Origin: Deltaproteobacteria bacterium RBG_13_43_22
Lineage (GTDB): Bacteria; Desulfobacterota; RBG-13-43-22
Direction: 5' to 3'
Assembly (NCBI GenBank): GCA_001797675.1
Contig: MGQB01000001.1
Location: forward strand, 248,816-312,815
DNA: 64,000 nucleotides
In this document: one piece after another, positions 17,033 through 26,170 of the stretch
How positions within the stretch are numbered: position 1 is the stretch's first letter
Layout: each line of letters begins with the position of its first letter
Notes under the pieces: model-generated
Databases searched by the model: none
Told to the model about the DNA's origin: nothing
The model's input: only the letters and a program-made list of their open reading frames with translations
Made by a program: the position numbers and the translations under genes

Positions 17033-17554
17033 TTATATCCGATTCATCATGGATGAATAATCATTTTTCACGTCGATCATATCCAGTAACACGGAGATCT
17101 GGCCCCGATGATGGGTTTGGTGGTTGAACCACTGGAGAAGGATTTTCCATAAGAGGCCTTCCACTTCGTCTCCTTTAAAGTTTTTATATTTGACAGCAGA
17201 ATTCAATTGGTTTTCATCGATTTCGCCAATCAATTGACTGATGGTCTCATCGGCTTGTCTCCTGTGCTGAAACAATTTTTTATACTCGGGCTCATACTCC
17301 TTTTTTAACCCCCTCAAATCCAGGGAAATCACTTCACTTCCGGCTAAGGCTTTGCTTTCCGGGAACACACCCTTAAAACGGGTCAGCCAGAAGAGATCGG
17401 ACAAGAGGTTATGGAACATGGTTTCAAATATGGACGGGAAAAAGGCCTTGGTTTTCATCATGATCTGTTCTTCAGACAAGGGCTCGGTTAATTCAAGGAT
17501 ACTCAGATTGACACTCTGATTATACTTGGCAAATGCATGAAAAATGGTTTTCAT
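17033..17554 (-). CDS. DinB-family protein
   Basis: Contains the NHQTHHRGQ metal-binding motif. The start is moved to ATG 17554 because AAAGGAGA sits 5 nt upstream. The ORF-track start at 17611 has no RBS. Confidence 0.75.
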   Translation of the reverse strand: MKTIFHAFAKYNQSVNLSILELTEPLSEEQIMMKTKAFFPSIFETMFHNLLSDLFWLTRFKGVFPESKALAGSEVISLDLRGLKKEYEPEYKKLFQHRRQADETISQLIGEIDENQLNSAVKYKNFKGDEVEGLLWKILLQWFNHQTHHRGQISVLLDMIDVKNDYSSMMNRI

Positions 17555-17645
17555 GTTTTCTCCTTTCAGGGGAAATTCTAAAATAAAATAACGATAATCC
17601 TTGGATAACATAACCAGCTAATTTGTCAAGAAATTTATTTTATTT

Positions 17646-17674
17646 TTGACAATGGCCGTCGGCTGACATACATT
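17646..17674 (+). promoter_or_regulatory. Sigma-70-like promoter candidate driving a ~250-nt leader of the response-regulator gene
   Basis: TTGACA (17646..17651), a 17-nt spacer, then TACATT (17669..17674). Confidence 0.4.
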
Positions 17675-17929
17675 AAAAAAACGTGACTGATCAGGTGGGT
17701 AGGTAGAAGGCTGAAGACCGAAGGAAAAGCCGGACACTGCCAACCGGTAATGGGCTGGTAACTATAAGGCCGAAACATGTTTCAGTAACTGACAAAGCCG
17801 AGAGCTGACCTTGATCGGAAAATCGGGTCTTCGCAATATCTCATCAATATCTTTCATCCTTCAGCCTTCGGCCTTCAGTCTATTTACTTGAGTATTTCCA
17901 AAAAACAAAAGGCGGTTGTGGAAATCTAA

Positions 17930-19300
17930 ATGAAAGAATCGCACAATATCCGGCTTCTCGTGGTCGATGACGAGAAGAATCAACGGGAACTTCTCCAGGG
18001 CTTTCTGCAGAAAAAGGGCTATTCAGTGCAGGCAGTTGAAAGCGGGGACCAGGCTTTGGGCTGGCTGAAAGAGCATGTCTGTGAGGTCATCCTGACTGAC
18101 CACAAGATGCCCGGTATGGACGGGACCACCTTGCTCAAAGAGATCAAGGCCCTTTTCCCGGAAACCTGGGTGGTCCTGATGACTGCCTACGGCACGGTGG
18201 AAAAGGCCGTGGAGGCCATGAAACTCGGGGCATACGATTATTTAAGCAAGCCTATTAATCTGGAGGAATTACTGATACTGCTGGAACGGATTGAAAGCAG
18301 TATCCTGCTGACCCGGGAAAACCGTCAATTGCGTGAGGAGTTAAAGGAAAAATTCAGTTTTGAAGGGTTGATCACCCAGAGCTCTAAGATGGAAGAGGTC
18401 CTGTCTCTGGTGGCCCGGGTAGCCCCCAGCCAGTCCACGGTCCTGATCCGGGGAGAAAGCGGGACAGGAAAAGGGTTGATCGCTAAGATTATTCATTACC
18501 ACAGTCCCAGATCCACCGGTCCTATGATCACCATCAATTGTGCGGCCATTCCCGAGAATCTGTTAGAGAGCGAAATCTTCGGTCATGAAAAGGGGGCCTT
18601 CACCGGGGCCTTGTTCCAGCACCGCGGAAAATTCGAACAGGCCCAGGGGGGGACCCTGTTTCTGGATGAGATCGGCGATCTTTCCCCGGCCCTCCAAGCC
18701 AAACTTCTCCGGATGATTCAGGAAAAAACCTTTGAACGGGTGGGCGGTAACAAAACCATCCGAGTGGATGTACGGGTCATTTCAGCTACCCATCAGGATC
18801 TGGAGTCCTCCATTCAAGAAAGACAGTTTCGACAGGACTTATATTTCCGGCTTAATGTGGTTCCCTTATTTTTACCCCCTTTGAGGGAACGTCGTGAAGA
18901 TATCCCTTTGCTGGTTGATTATTTTTTACAAAAATTCGGGCGTGAGAATAATAAAAAAGATCTCGAGGTTTCCAAAGAGGCCAGAGAACTTCTTCTGCGT
19001 TATCCGTACCCGGGCAATGTACGGGAATTGGAGAATTTAGTGGAAAGGGCCGTGGTCCTTTGCCGTGATCCATTGATCACCAGCCGGGACCTGCCTTTCC
19101 ATTTAAAAGAAGGCGTGGGGGAACCTGCTGGTGTAGTCTTTCCTTCCGATCTTACCCTGCCTGAACAATTGGAAGAACTGGAAAGGCATTTGATTCAGCA
19201 GGCCCTCAAGGAGATGGGCGGAGTGCAAACCCGGGCCGCGGAAAAACTGGGAATTAGTGAGAGGGTGCTGCGGTATAAGCTTCAAAAATACGGGCTTTAG
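17930..19300 (+). CDS. Sigma-54-dependent response regulator (NtrC/AtoC family)
   Basis: 456 aa with a REC domain ([12 protein letters not shown]), AAA+ Walker A GESGTGKG, the GAFTGA loop (EKGAFTGA), and a C-terminal Fis-type HTH. Confidence 0.92.
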   Translation: MKESHNIRLLVVDDEKNQRELLQGFLQKKGYSVQAVESGDQALGWLKEHVCEVILTDHKMPGMDGTTLLKEIKALFPETWVVLMTAYGTVEKAVEAMKLGAYDYLSKPINLEELLILLERIESSILLTRENRQLREELKEKFSFEGLITQSSKMEEVLSLVARVAPSQSTVLIRGESGTGKGLIAKIIHYHSPRSTGPMITINCAAIPENLLESEIFGHEKGAFTGALFQHRGKFEQAQGGTLFLDEIGDLSPALQAKLLRMIQEKTFERVGGNKTIRVDVRVISATHQDLESSIQERQFRQDLYFRLNVVPLFLPPLRERREDIPLLVDYFLQKFGRENNKKDLEVSKEARELLLRYPYPGNVRELENLVERAVVLCRDPLITSRDLPFHLKEGVGEPAGVVFPSDLTLPEQLEELERHLIQQALKEMGGVQTRAAEKLGISERVLRYKLQKYGL

Positions 19301-19429
19301 CAGGCCAAGAAGCCATTTTAACCAGAAATTAATGTTGGCAATTTATTCAGGATAGGTTAAAATATTTCATAAAGTAATTGGGGGTTTTTCATTGATCATT
19401 GACTTAATCAAAAAAGGAGGATCTCAATT

Positions 19430-19594
19430 ATGCCCACCTATGAATACCTGTGCAAAAAATGCAATGAGTCTTTCTCCGTGATTTTAAGTATAAAAGACCA
19501 TGAAGAAAAAAAGGTACAGTGCCCGAAATGCGGAGGCAAAGACATCGAGCAGCAGATCACTCATTTTATGACCAAGACCTCACGGAAAAGCTAA
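19430..19594 (+). CDS. FmdB-family zinc-ribbon protein
   Basis: 54 aa, below the ORF-track cutoff: MPTYEYLCKKCNESFSVILSIKDHEEKKVQCPKCGGKDIEQQITHFMTKTSRKS. It has two CxxC pairs and the canonical MPxYEYxC start, with RBS AAAGGAGG upstream. Confidence 0.8.
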   Translation: MPTYEYLCKKCNESFSVILSIKDHEEKKVQCPKCGGKDIEQQITHFMTKTSRKS

Positions 19595-19598
19595 AGTT

Positions 19599-19698
19599 AG
19601 AATCCAGAAATCAGGAGCCAGCATCCAGAATAAAACACTAAGCTTCATTTATTAACCCGTTTTTCGTCTGACTTCTGGATTCTGGCTTCTGGATTCTC
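19599..19698. repeat. Hairpin element between convergent genes; its left arm is a 38-nt repeat also found at 25956..25993
   Basis: AGAATCCAGAAATCAGGAGCCAGCATCCAGAATAAAAC (19599..19636) faces the inverted partner CTTCTGGATTCTGGCTTCTGGATTCTC (19672..19698). The right arm lies inside the last codons of comEC. Confidence 0.8.
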
Positions 19699-22182
19699 TG
19701 ATGGCGTGCATATTATAGGCCCCTTTAAAAAGCTTCTCACTTCCCATTCCCTTTTTTTTAACTCAAAGCTGACCGCCCCTTCCTGATCGGTTCGAAACAG
19801 GGTCACACCCCGTTCCTGGTAGCGCCGGATGATCTCCGGGTGGGGAAGAAGAAGGCGGGGCGAAGGCCGTCCGGAAATAACCGCATAACGTGGATGAACC
19901 GCTTCAATAAAAGGAATCGTACTGGAAGTCAGGCTCCCATGATGAGGGACCTGAAGGATATGGCTTTTTAGGGAAACGTTTTTCCCCAGAAGAACCTTTT
20001 CGGTCTCAGCTTCGATATCGGCGGGCAAAAGGAGGGATTGTTTCTTATAATTTAACTGTATGACCAGGGAATCATTATTCTGGTTGTGCCAGAGCGTAGA
20101 ACTCGTTTCTTCTTTTAAAGACGATTTCATCGGAGCATGCAACACCTCAACCTGCACATCGGAAATCAATCGAGACCATCCAGGACCGGGATGAACCACC
20201 GGGATCTTCTTCTGCCGAATCAACTCGTTAAAATGCCCAAAGGCTTCAGAATCCACCCATTGACCATTGGTCCAGACCTCCTTCACCTTGAATTTTGAGA
20301 GAATAAAGGGCAACCCATTTAAATGGTCCGGATGGGGATGGGTCTGGACCAAAACGTCCAGACCGGTAATTTTTTTATCCCAAAGAAAGGGGGCGACCAC
20401 CCGCTCCCCCAGATCAAATTCAGGATTGAAGGAACCTCCGCCGTCTATCAGCATCTTTTCCCCCCGGGGGAACTCAATCAGCGTGGAACTTCCATGCCCA
20501 ACGTCAAGGAAGGTGGCCCGAAAAGGTGGGGAAAAGAAATCCTGGATCTGGGGGGATAAGAAAAATAAAATCATCGCTGAACAGGAAAGAGAAATCAACC
20601 AGGCCGGTTTGGGTGTTTTTCGCCAGTTGAATACTAACATCAGGGTCAGATAAAAAAGTCCGATTTCCCCATATCCCGGTCGAGGCACCGTTAGGGATGA
20701 GAAAGGCAAATCGGCAAAAAACCGGGTTAACCACATGGTCCATTGAAGTAATACATCCATTATCCAAAAGAGACCGGAACTAAGCGATGAAAAAAAAGGA
20801 GCGGAAATAAGGCCCAGGAGTCCAACAGGTGTAACCAAAACTCCGGTTAAAGGGACCAGCAGGAGATTGCTGAACAAGCCTACCAGAGAAACCTGATGAA
20901 ACCACCAGATCACAAAGGGGGCGGTGGCCAATTGGCAGACCAGGGAAACGCAAAACGTTCCCCAGAGATAAAATAGTAACCGGCGGATGCGGGTGGGATT
21001 CTGAAATTCCTGAGGATTGGTAGGGTTCCAAATCTTGGGAAGCAAATACCCGATGGCCCAGACCGAAATAAATGATAATTGAAAGGAAGGCGAGAAAAGG
21101 GAATCCGGGGAGATCAGAAGCAGAACCAGGGCTGCTAAGGCCAGGCTGTTCAGAAGGTCGGAGTATCTTTGCATCAGAAAGGCCACAATGACCATGGAGA
21201 CCATAAAAAAGGCGCGGGCCGCCGAGGGACTCATGCCGGCCAATAAAGCGTACCCCAAAACCGGAAAAAGGGAACCGATCAACGCCCATTTACGGACGTT
21301 TAAAAACAACAGGGTCTTTTCCGAAAGGCTCATCAGGAAGCGGAACAGGAAAAAAGAAAGGCCTCCCACCAGGCTTAGATTCAGGCCGGAAAAGGCCAGG
21401 AGATGAGATACCCCGGCCCGGCTGAAGGTTTCCTTTATCTCTCGGGGAATTTTATTCTGGTCTCCGGTCAAAACGGCCTGGGCCAGACCATGAACCGGAG
21501 GTGAAACCCGGGAGTCGATCAAGGCCGAAACCCGATTTCGAAGAGTGGGGAGATATTTCAATAGCCAGGACCTTTGATTGGGTCCGGACAACATCAAAAG
21601 GCCCGGGTCTTCTAAAAATCCGGAAACCCGAATCCCCTTCCCGGCCATTCTTTTTTCAAAATCATATCCTCCGGGGTTATGGTAGCCCTCGATCAAACGC
21701 AATCGACAGACAAAGCGAACAGGGTCTCCTATTTCGAATCTTTTGAGAAGGCCCTTGACTCCCAGCAGAATCGTTCCCTGGACAGGCCGGTCTTGACCCT
21801 GATCGGAATAAGAGGTCAATCGAATGGTAAAGCGGGTTTTGTCAGGATAGACGACGGGTTCCTCAATAATCACTCCGGATAGATGTTGCAATGGATGGTT
21901 TAATAAAACGGAGGGCATCTGTGGGGTGTTGACCCGAGGGGAAAGAAAGGTCATCAGACAGAGACCCGTCACTAAAAAGAAAACGCTGCCGGTCCAAATG
22001 GCTGCGGAAGGAAATATAAGAATAACGACCGGGAGAGCAAGTAGAAGAAAAACCAGTATCCAGGGAAGGATCGGCGGATAGGGATCAAAAACATGGAGAC
22101 CGAATACCAGCCCGGTCATCAGGGCCAGGACTAAGGGGACGCCGGGGCGGGCGATGACTTGAGGGAAAGGGAATTTGCCCAT
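19645..22182 (-). CDS. comEC: DNA internalization competence protein ComEC/Rec2
   Basis: 845 aa and polytopic, with a C-terminal metallo-beta-lactamase domain carrying HPHPDH. Confidence 0.88.
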   Translation of the reverse strand: MGKFPFPQVIARPGVPLVLALMTGLVFGLHVFDPYPPILPWILVFLLLALPVVILIFPSAAIWTGSVFFLVTGLCLMTFLSPRVNTPQMPSVLLNHPLQHLSGVIIEEPVVYPDKTRFTIRLTSYSDQGQDRPVQGTILLGVKGLLKRFEIGDPVRFVCRLRLIEGYHNPGGYDFEKRMAGKGIRVSGFLEDPGLLMLSGPNQRSWLLKYLPTLRNRVSALIDSRVSPPVHGLAQAVLTGDQNKIPREIKETFSRAGVSHLLAFSGLNLSLVGGLSFFLFRFLMSLSEKTLLFLNVRKWALIGSLFPVLGYALLAGMSPSAARAFFMVSMVIVAFLMQRYSDLLNSLALAALVLLLISPDSLFSPSFQLSFISVWAIGYLLPKIWNPTNPQEFQNPTRIRRLLFYLWGTFCVSLVCQLATAPFVIWWFHQVSLVGLFSNLLLVPLTGVLVTPVGLLGLISAPFFSSLSSGLFWIMDVLLQWTMWLTRFFADLPFSSLTVPRPGYGEIGLFYLTLMLVFNWRKTPKPAWLISLSCSAMILFFLSPQIQDFFSPPFRATFLDVGHGSSTLIEFPRGEKMLIDGGGSFNPEFDLGERVVAPFLWDKKITGLDVLVQTHPHPDHLNGLPFILSKFKVKEVWTNGQWVDSEAFGHFNELIRQKKIPVVHPGPGWSRLISDVQVEVLHAPMKSSLKEETSSTLWHNQNNDSLVIQLNYKKQSLLLPADIEAETEKVLLGKNVSLKSHILQVPHHGSLTSSTIPFIEAVHPRYAVISGRPSPRLLLPHPEIIRRYQERGVTLFRTDQEGAVSFELKKREWEVRSFLKGPIICTPSENPEARIQKSDEKRVNK

Positions 22183-22241
22183 TGGAAGGATAGGGTCTCG
22201 ATTTTTTGCCGGTCTTAAAAACGTTAAGGGCTTCTAAATTA

Positions 22242-25200
22242 TTAATCTTTTCCTTCCGTTGACTCCAACCTCGCCAAGGCCTGGGCTACGCGGGTGGGCC
22301 AGTAGAACGACGGGTTCACGCCCATCTCACGGTAGAGGGCTTCGGCCTTCTTCAGGTTTTCCAGGGCCTCTTCCCTTTGGCCGGCATCAACCAGCAGCTC
22401 TCCCAGAAAAAGATACCCCATGACGGCCGTCGGCCTCGATTTCAATTCTTCGCTTTTGGAGATCCCTTTTTGAATATATCGCTTGGCTTCATCGATATGG
22501 GATGGGTCCGCTTTTCCAGCAATGGACCCGAGTATTATATAGGCTAATGCTTCTCTTCCTCTTAAATTTTTATCGCGGATATATTTTAAGACTTCCTCAA
22601 CAAAATCTCGGGCAGGTCCCAGTTCACCTTTATCCAAGAGGATCAAGGCCAGCATCGAATTACAAATGACGACAGAACCCTCCCCCACAGACTCCTTTTG
22701 GATTTTTAGGCCCTTCTCGGCATGATCCCTGGCCTTATCATACTCTCCGCGGAGATAATGTCCACCCCCGAGGAAACACCAGGCCACTCCGATCGCTAGC
22801 GTAAATCCCGCCTCTTCCATGAACTGAAGGGATTCCCTCGCATGAGCAATCGTATTATCCCCATCCCCCTCAAAGAAAGACAGGATACTGTAAAATAATT
22901 CCCCCCATCCGATGGCGAACTTGTCCTTCAATTCACGGGCATTCCGGATCCCCTTCTCCAACCACGGCTTGGCTTCCTCAAAGCTTCCTAAGTTCGTCAA
23001 CGCGCCCCCGTAGTATGAACAGAGTAACGAATAAACGTTCTGCCCACTTGTGGAAAGGTCCTTTTTCAGCTGGTGTTCCTCAAAGGGCCGGAGGGCCCGC
23101 TGGGCGATGTCGGCCACTTTCCAGGAATCACTACTCGAATAGTATGCAAAACACAACTGATCCGCGCTTTGGAGCATTATTTCGGTTTCCCCGGTCTTCT
23201 CAGCCCCATTGAAACACTTTTCGGCATAGTCCAACCCCAGTGAGAGATTCCCTTTTACAATATGATATATGCTCAAGGTGCGGTGGATACGTATGAGGGC
23301 CTTTTCATCCCCCAGGTCCTGGGCCAGCTTTTCCAACCTTTGCAGGATTTCAAAACTGCCCTCGGGATAGCCTGAGAACATCAAGGGTAAATACATTAGG
23401 AGCATAAGCTCCATCTTTTCCCTTTTCATTTCTTCGTTCTCGGGTTGACTGTCCAGGACCCGGAGGGCCTCCTTGTAGAATCGTATCGCCTCCCAGTTGG
23501 CGTAGTTTTTCACGGCCTTGTCCCCGGAGAGCTTGAGGAACTGATAGGCCTTTTGAGAGTTATTACTCAGGGCGTAGTGGTAGGCCAGCATCTCATAAAA
23601 TTCTTCCAGCCGGTTGGCGTAGATCCCTTCGATCGCCTGGCCGACCTGTTCATGGGTCTCTCTTCTCCTCTTAAGGAGCAGGCTGGTATAGGCCACCTCC
23701 TGGGTCAGGGCATGCTTGAAGATGTACTCCAGCTCCGGGAAGATGGATTTCTCGTTGATGAACTCCAGGTCCTGGAGGGTAAGGAGAGAGGACTTGAGGT
23801 CTTCTCTCAGGCTGGTAACCGCCTGGAGGATACGGAAGGCGAACTCCCGGCCTATGACCGAGGCGGTCTGGATGATCCTCTTGAGATTTTCTTCCAGCCG
23901 GTCCAGACGGGCGGCGATGATCCCCTGGATGGTGTCCGGCACCTGGATGTCCGCGGGCTTGCAGGACAGTCTATAGGTGTGATCCTTTTTCTCGATGGAG
24001 CCGTTCTCCAGGAGGTTGTGGGTAAGCTCCTCCATGAACAGGGGATTGCTGGCCGCTTTGTTGACGATAAGATCAATGAGATCGGGCGCTGCTTCACCCT
24101 CGATGAGGATGGATTGCACCAGACTGGAGCTTATTTTTTTGGGAAGCTGGTCCACTCGAATTTGGCTTAAGTAAGTTTTTCCGGCCCAGGCCGGGGTGTA
24201 GTCCGGGCGAAAGAGAAGGATAAGCAGGATCTTGGCACCAGCCAGGCCCCCGATAAAGGAGGTCAGGAATTCCTCGGAGGTCTTGTCCATCCAGTGCAGG
24301 TCATCCACCACTAAAATCAGCGGCTTCTTTTGGCTCTCGGCCATGAGGAGCAGTCTGATGGCCTCGAAGACCTTCTCCCGCCTCTTCCCGGCCTCGAGCT
24401 TGAGGTATTCCCCGTCTTCCACCGGGAGGGAAAGGACCTCATGGATGGGGGCCTGTATGGGAATAAGATGCCCGCCCACCTCATTGATCCTTTGACCTAT
24501 CTTCTGCTTGATCAGGGCCTCGTCTTCCTCATCGTGGATGTCGAAGCAGCTCTTGAGGATGTCCAGGATGGGAAGGTAGGGGATGATGTCGCCGTAATGA
24601 AGGCATTTGCCTTCAAGAAAGGAGCACTCCGTGAAGGGGAGGGATCGGGTAAACTCACGGACCAGACGGGATTTGCCCATGCCGGCCTCTCCCATGACAC
24701 TTACCACCTGGCCCTGTCCATCCTTGGCCTGTTCATAACAGTCCATGAGATGATCCAGTTCCTTGTTTCGTCCCACGAACGGGGTCAGACCCTTACCTAA
24801 GGAGGCTTCGATCCGGGTCCGGACCGGCCTGGGGCCGATAACCTTGAATGTCCTGACCGGCTGCTCTTTATCCTGCACCTTGGTCTCGCCCAGATCTTCA
24901 AAGTCAAAGTAACCCTCGGTTTGGCGATAGGTATTCTCAGCCACCTGGATGGCGCCGGGTACTGCGGTGTTCTCCATCGCCGAAGCCAGGGTTACGGTGT
25001 CCCCAATGGCCGTGTATTCCATGGTAAGGTCATCGCTTATCCGTCCCACGATGACCAATCCGGTGTTGATGCCGATGCGCAGGGCCAGCTCTATGCCCCT
25101 GGCCTTGAGCTTATCGGCGAAATCTTTCAGGCGGCGCTGGATGGCCAGCGCTGCATACAGGGCACGATGCGGGGCATCTTCATGGGCGATGGGGGCGCCG

Positions 25201-25904
25201 AACAAGGCCATAAGCCCATACCCCAGGGACTGGGCCATGGTGCCCTCATAGCGGCGGATCTCTTCGGTCATGAATTCGAGACAGGGGCTGATCAGGTCAT
25301 GCACTTCTTCGGGGTCCAGTTTCTCCGAAGTGGCAAACCCTTTGGCATCGGCAAAGAGCACCGTGACCTGCTTTCGCTCTCCCTCCAGGCTGCTGCGGAC
25401 AGCCAGGACCCGTTCAACAACGTGTTTGGGGGCAGAGGCCATGGAGGTGGAGAGGACCGACGACCCGGGAGAAGACTGAGCTTCGCCGGGCATAATGCCC
25501 TTGGCCTTTAATCCTTCTATGATCCGGGTAACGGCGGCGGGAATACCTTCCGGCCCCACGGTGATCATGGCCGTCCCGCCCAGGGCATGCCGCCATTCCG
25601 GCTGGCGCTCTTTTAGTTCGGGTGGAGTAATGTTGATCAAAACCGGGAAAAACGGCTTGCCCCTTTCGAATCCTCCTACTACTTCTTTTGTCACCTGGTC
25701 GGAACTGAAGGCATTCGGGGAGGCGATCAGGACGAGACCTTCACAGTCCTCGATGGCCTGGGTGATCTGGATCAGGTAGCTTGTTCCGACCAGTACGTCA
25801 CGTTCGAAATACCAGGTGGAATACCCGGCGGCCTCCAGACCTTGGGCGATCTGCAGCATAATCGGCAGGTCTCTCTCGACATGGCTGAGGAAGATGCGAC
25901 TCAT
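22242..25904 (-). CDS. Multidomain TIR / cyclase-homology / STAND (AAA_16) NTPase / TPR protein
   Basis: 1220-aa ORF with RBS GAGGAGG upstream. N-terminus IFLSHVERD...LVLIASPNAFSSDQVTKEV (TIR-like); RKQVTVLFADAKGF...IGDTVTLASAMEN (class III cyclase fold); GEAGMGKS Walker A and LILVVDD Walker B; then about 430 aa of helical TPR-like repeats. Confidence 0.85.
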   Translation of the reverse strand: MSRIFLSHVERDLPIMLQIAQGLEAAGYSTWYFERDVLVGTSYLIQITQAIEDCEGLVLIASPNAFSSDQVTKEVVGGFERGKPFFPVLINITPPELKERQPEWRHALGGTAMITVGPEGIPAAVTRIIEGLKAKGIMPGEAQSSPGSSVLSTSMASAPKHVVERVLAVRSSLEGERKQVTVLFADAKGFATSEKLDPEEVHDLISPCLEFMTEEIRRYEGTMAQSLGYGLMALFGAPIAHEDAPHRALYAALAIQRRLKDFADKLKARGIELALRIGINTGLVIVGRISDDLTMEYTAIGDTVTLASAMENTAVPGAIQVAENTYRQTEGYFDFEDLGETKVQDKEQPVRTFKVIGPRPVRTRIEASLGKGLTPFVGRNKELDHLMDCYEQAKDGQGQVVSVMGEAGMGKSRLVREFTRSLPFTECSFLEGKCLHYGDIIPYLPILDILKSCFDIHDEEDEALIKQKIGQRINEVGGHLIPIQAPIHEVLSLPVEDGEYLKLEAGKRREKVFEAIRLLLMAESQKKPLILVVDDLHWMDKTSEEFLTSFIGGLAGAKILLILLFRPDYTPAWAGKTYLSQIRVDQLPKKISSSLVQSILIEGEAAPDLIDLIVNKAASNPLFMEELTHNLLENGSIEKKDHTYRLSCKPADIQVPDTIQGIIAARLDRLEENLKRIIQTASVIGREFAFRILQAVTSLREDLKSSLLTLQDLEFINEKSIFPELEYIFKHALTQEVAYTSLLLKRRRETHEQVGQAIEGIYANRLEEFYEMLAYHYALSNNSQKAYQFLKLSGDKAVKNYANWEAIRFYKEALRVLDSQPENEEMKREKMELMLLMYLPLMFSGYPEGSFEILQRLEKLAQDLGDEKALIRIHRTLSIYHIVKGNLSLGLDYAEKCFNGAEKTGETEIMLQSADQLCFAYYSSSDSWKVADIAQRALRPFEEHQLKKDLSTSGQNVYSLLCSYYGGALTNLGSFEEAKPWLEKGIRNARELKDKFAIGWGELFYSILSFFEGDGDNTIAHARESLQFMEEAGFTLAIGVAWCFLGGGHYLRGEYDKARDHAEKGLKIQKESVGEGSVVICNSMLALILLDKGELGPARDFVEEVLKYIRDKNLRGREALAYIILGSIAGKADPSHIDEAKRYIQKGISKSEELKSRPTAVMGYLFLGELLVDAGQREEALENLKKAEALYREMGVNPSFYWPTRVAQALARLESTEGKD
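22260..23567 (-). other. TPR-like helical repeat sensor region (aa ~780-1215)
   Basis: Repeated ~34-aa A/Y/L-rich helical units, for example WEAIRFYKEALRV, EYDKARDHAEKGLKI and QREEALENLKKAEALY. Confidence 0.6.
24105..24782 (-). other. STAND/AAA_16-type P-loop NTPase region (aa ~375-600)
   Basis: FVGRNKEL...VMGEAGMGKSRL (Walker A encoded at 24669..24692) and PLILVVDDLHWMD (Walker B). Confidence 0.75.
24837..25379 (-). other. Class III nucleotidyl cyclase homology domain, predicted catalytically degenerate (aa 176-356)
   Basis: The first metal Asp is present (LFADAKGF). LGYGLMALFG replaces the xGDAxMAxFG motif (Asp->Tyr, and the upstream Lys->Gln). GDTVTLASAME replaces GDTVNLASRLE (Asn->Thr, Arg->Ala). 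Confidence 0.6.
25500..25904 (-). other. TIR domain region of the 1220-aa protein (aa 1-135)
   Basis: IFLSH start, the beta-strand LVLIASP, and the S-x-x-V-x-x-E motif with candidate catalytic Glu74. Confidence 0.65.
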
Positions 25905-25955
25905 AAGGAATGCCCTCCTCGTTACAAATCATCATTTAAAGCGAAAAGAAGAACA

Positions 25956-25993
25956 AGAATCCAGAATCCAGGAGTCAGAATTCAGAATAAAAC
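25956..25993 (+). repeat. 38-nt direct-repeat partner of 19599..19636
   Basis: AGAATCCAGAATCCAGGAGTCAGAATTCAGAATAAAAC matches 33 of 38 positions of the copy at 19599..19636, in the same orientation. Confidence 0.8.
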
Positions 25994-26170
25994 TTTTTCA
26001 TTCTAAGTCTTATTTAGGTGCTTAAATGTTGCCTACTGCAGGAAAACAAGAAATTGCTATTAATTCGAAGAGTATAAAGCAAGGGAAAGACAGGATCAAG
26101 GGAAAAAAGGGGCGAGAGAGACCAAAGATTGGCCTCAATAATTTTAAGGTTTATAGTTGAGTTTTTATGA

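Noticed and set aside
23445-24170. Long ORFs antisense to large genes. Examples: 241 aa at 23445..24170 inside the TIR-STAND gene, 260 aa at 57428..58210 inside carB, 240 aa at 63067..63789 inside pfk, 202 aa at 40126..40734 inside abfD, 209 aa at 2540..3169, and 169 aa at 20780..21289.
   Set aside because: They lie fully inside well-supported genes on the opposite strand. Their composition is low-complexity and Arg/Gly/Pro-rich. They have no RBS and no recognisable motifs. They are shadow ORFs.
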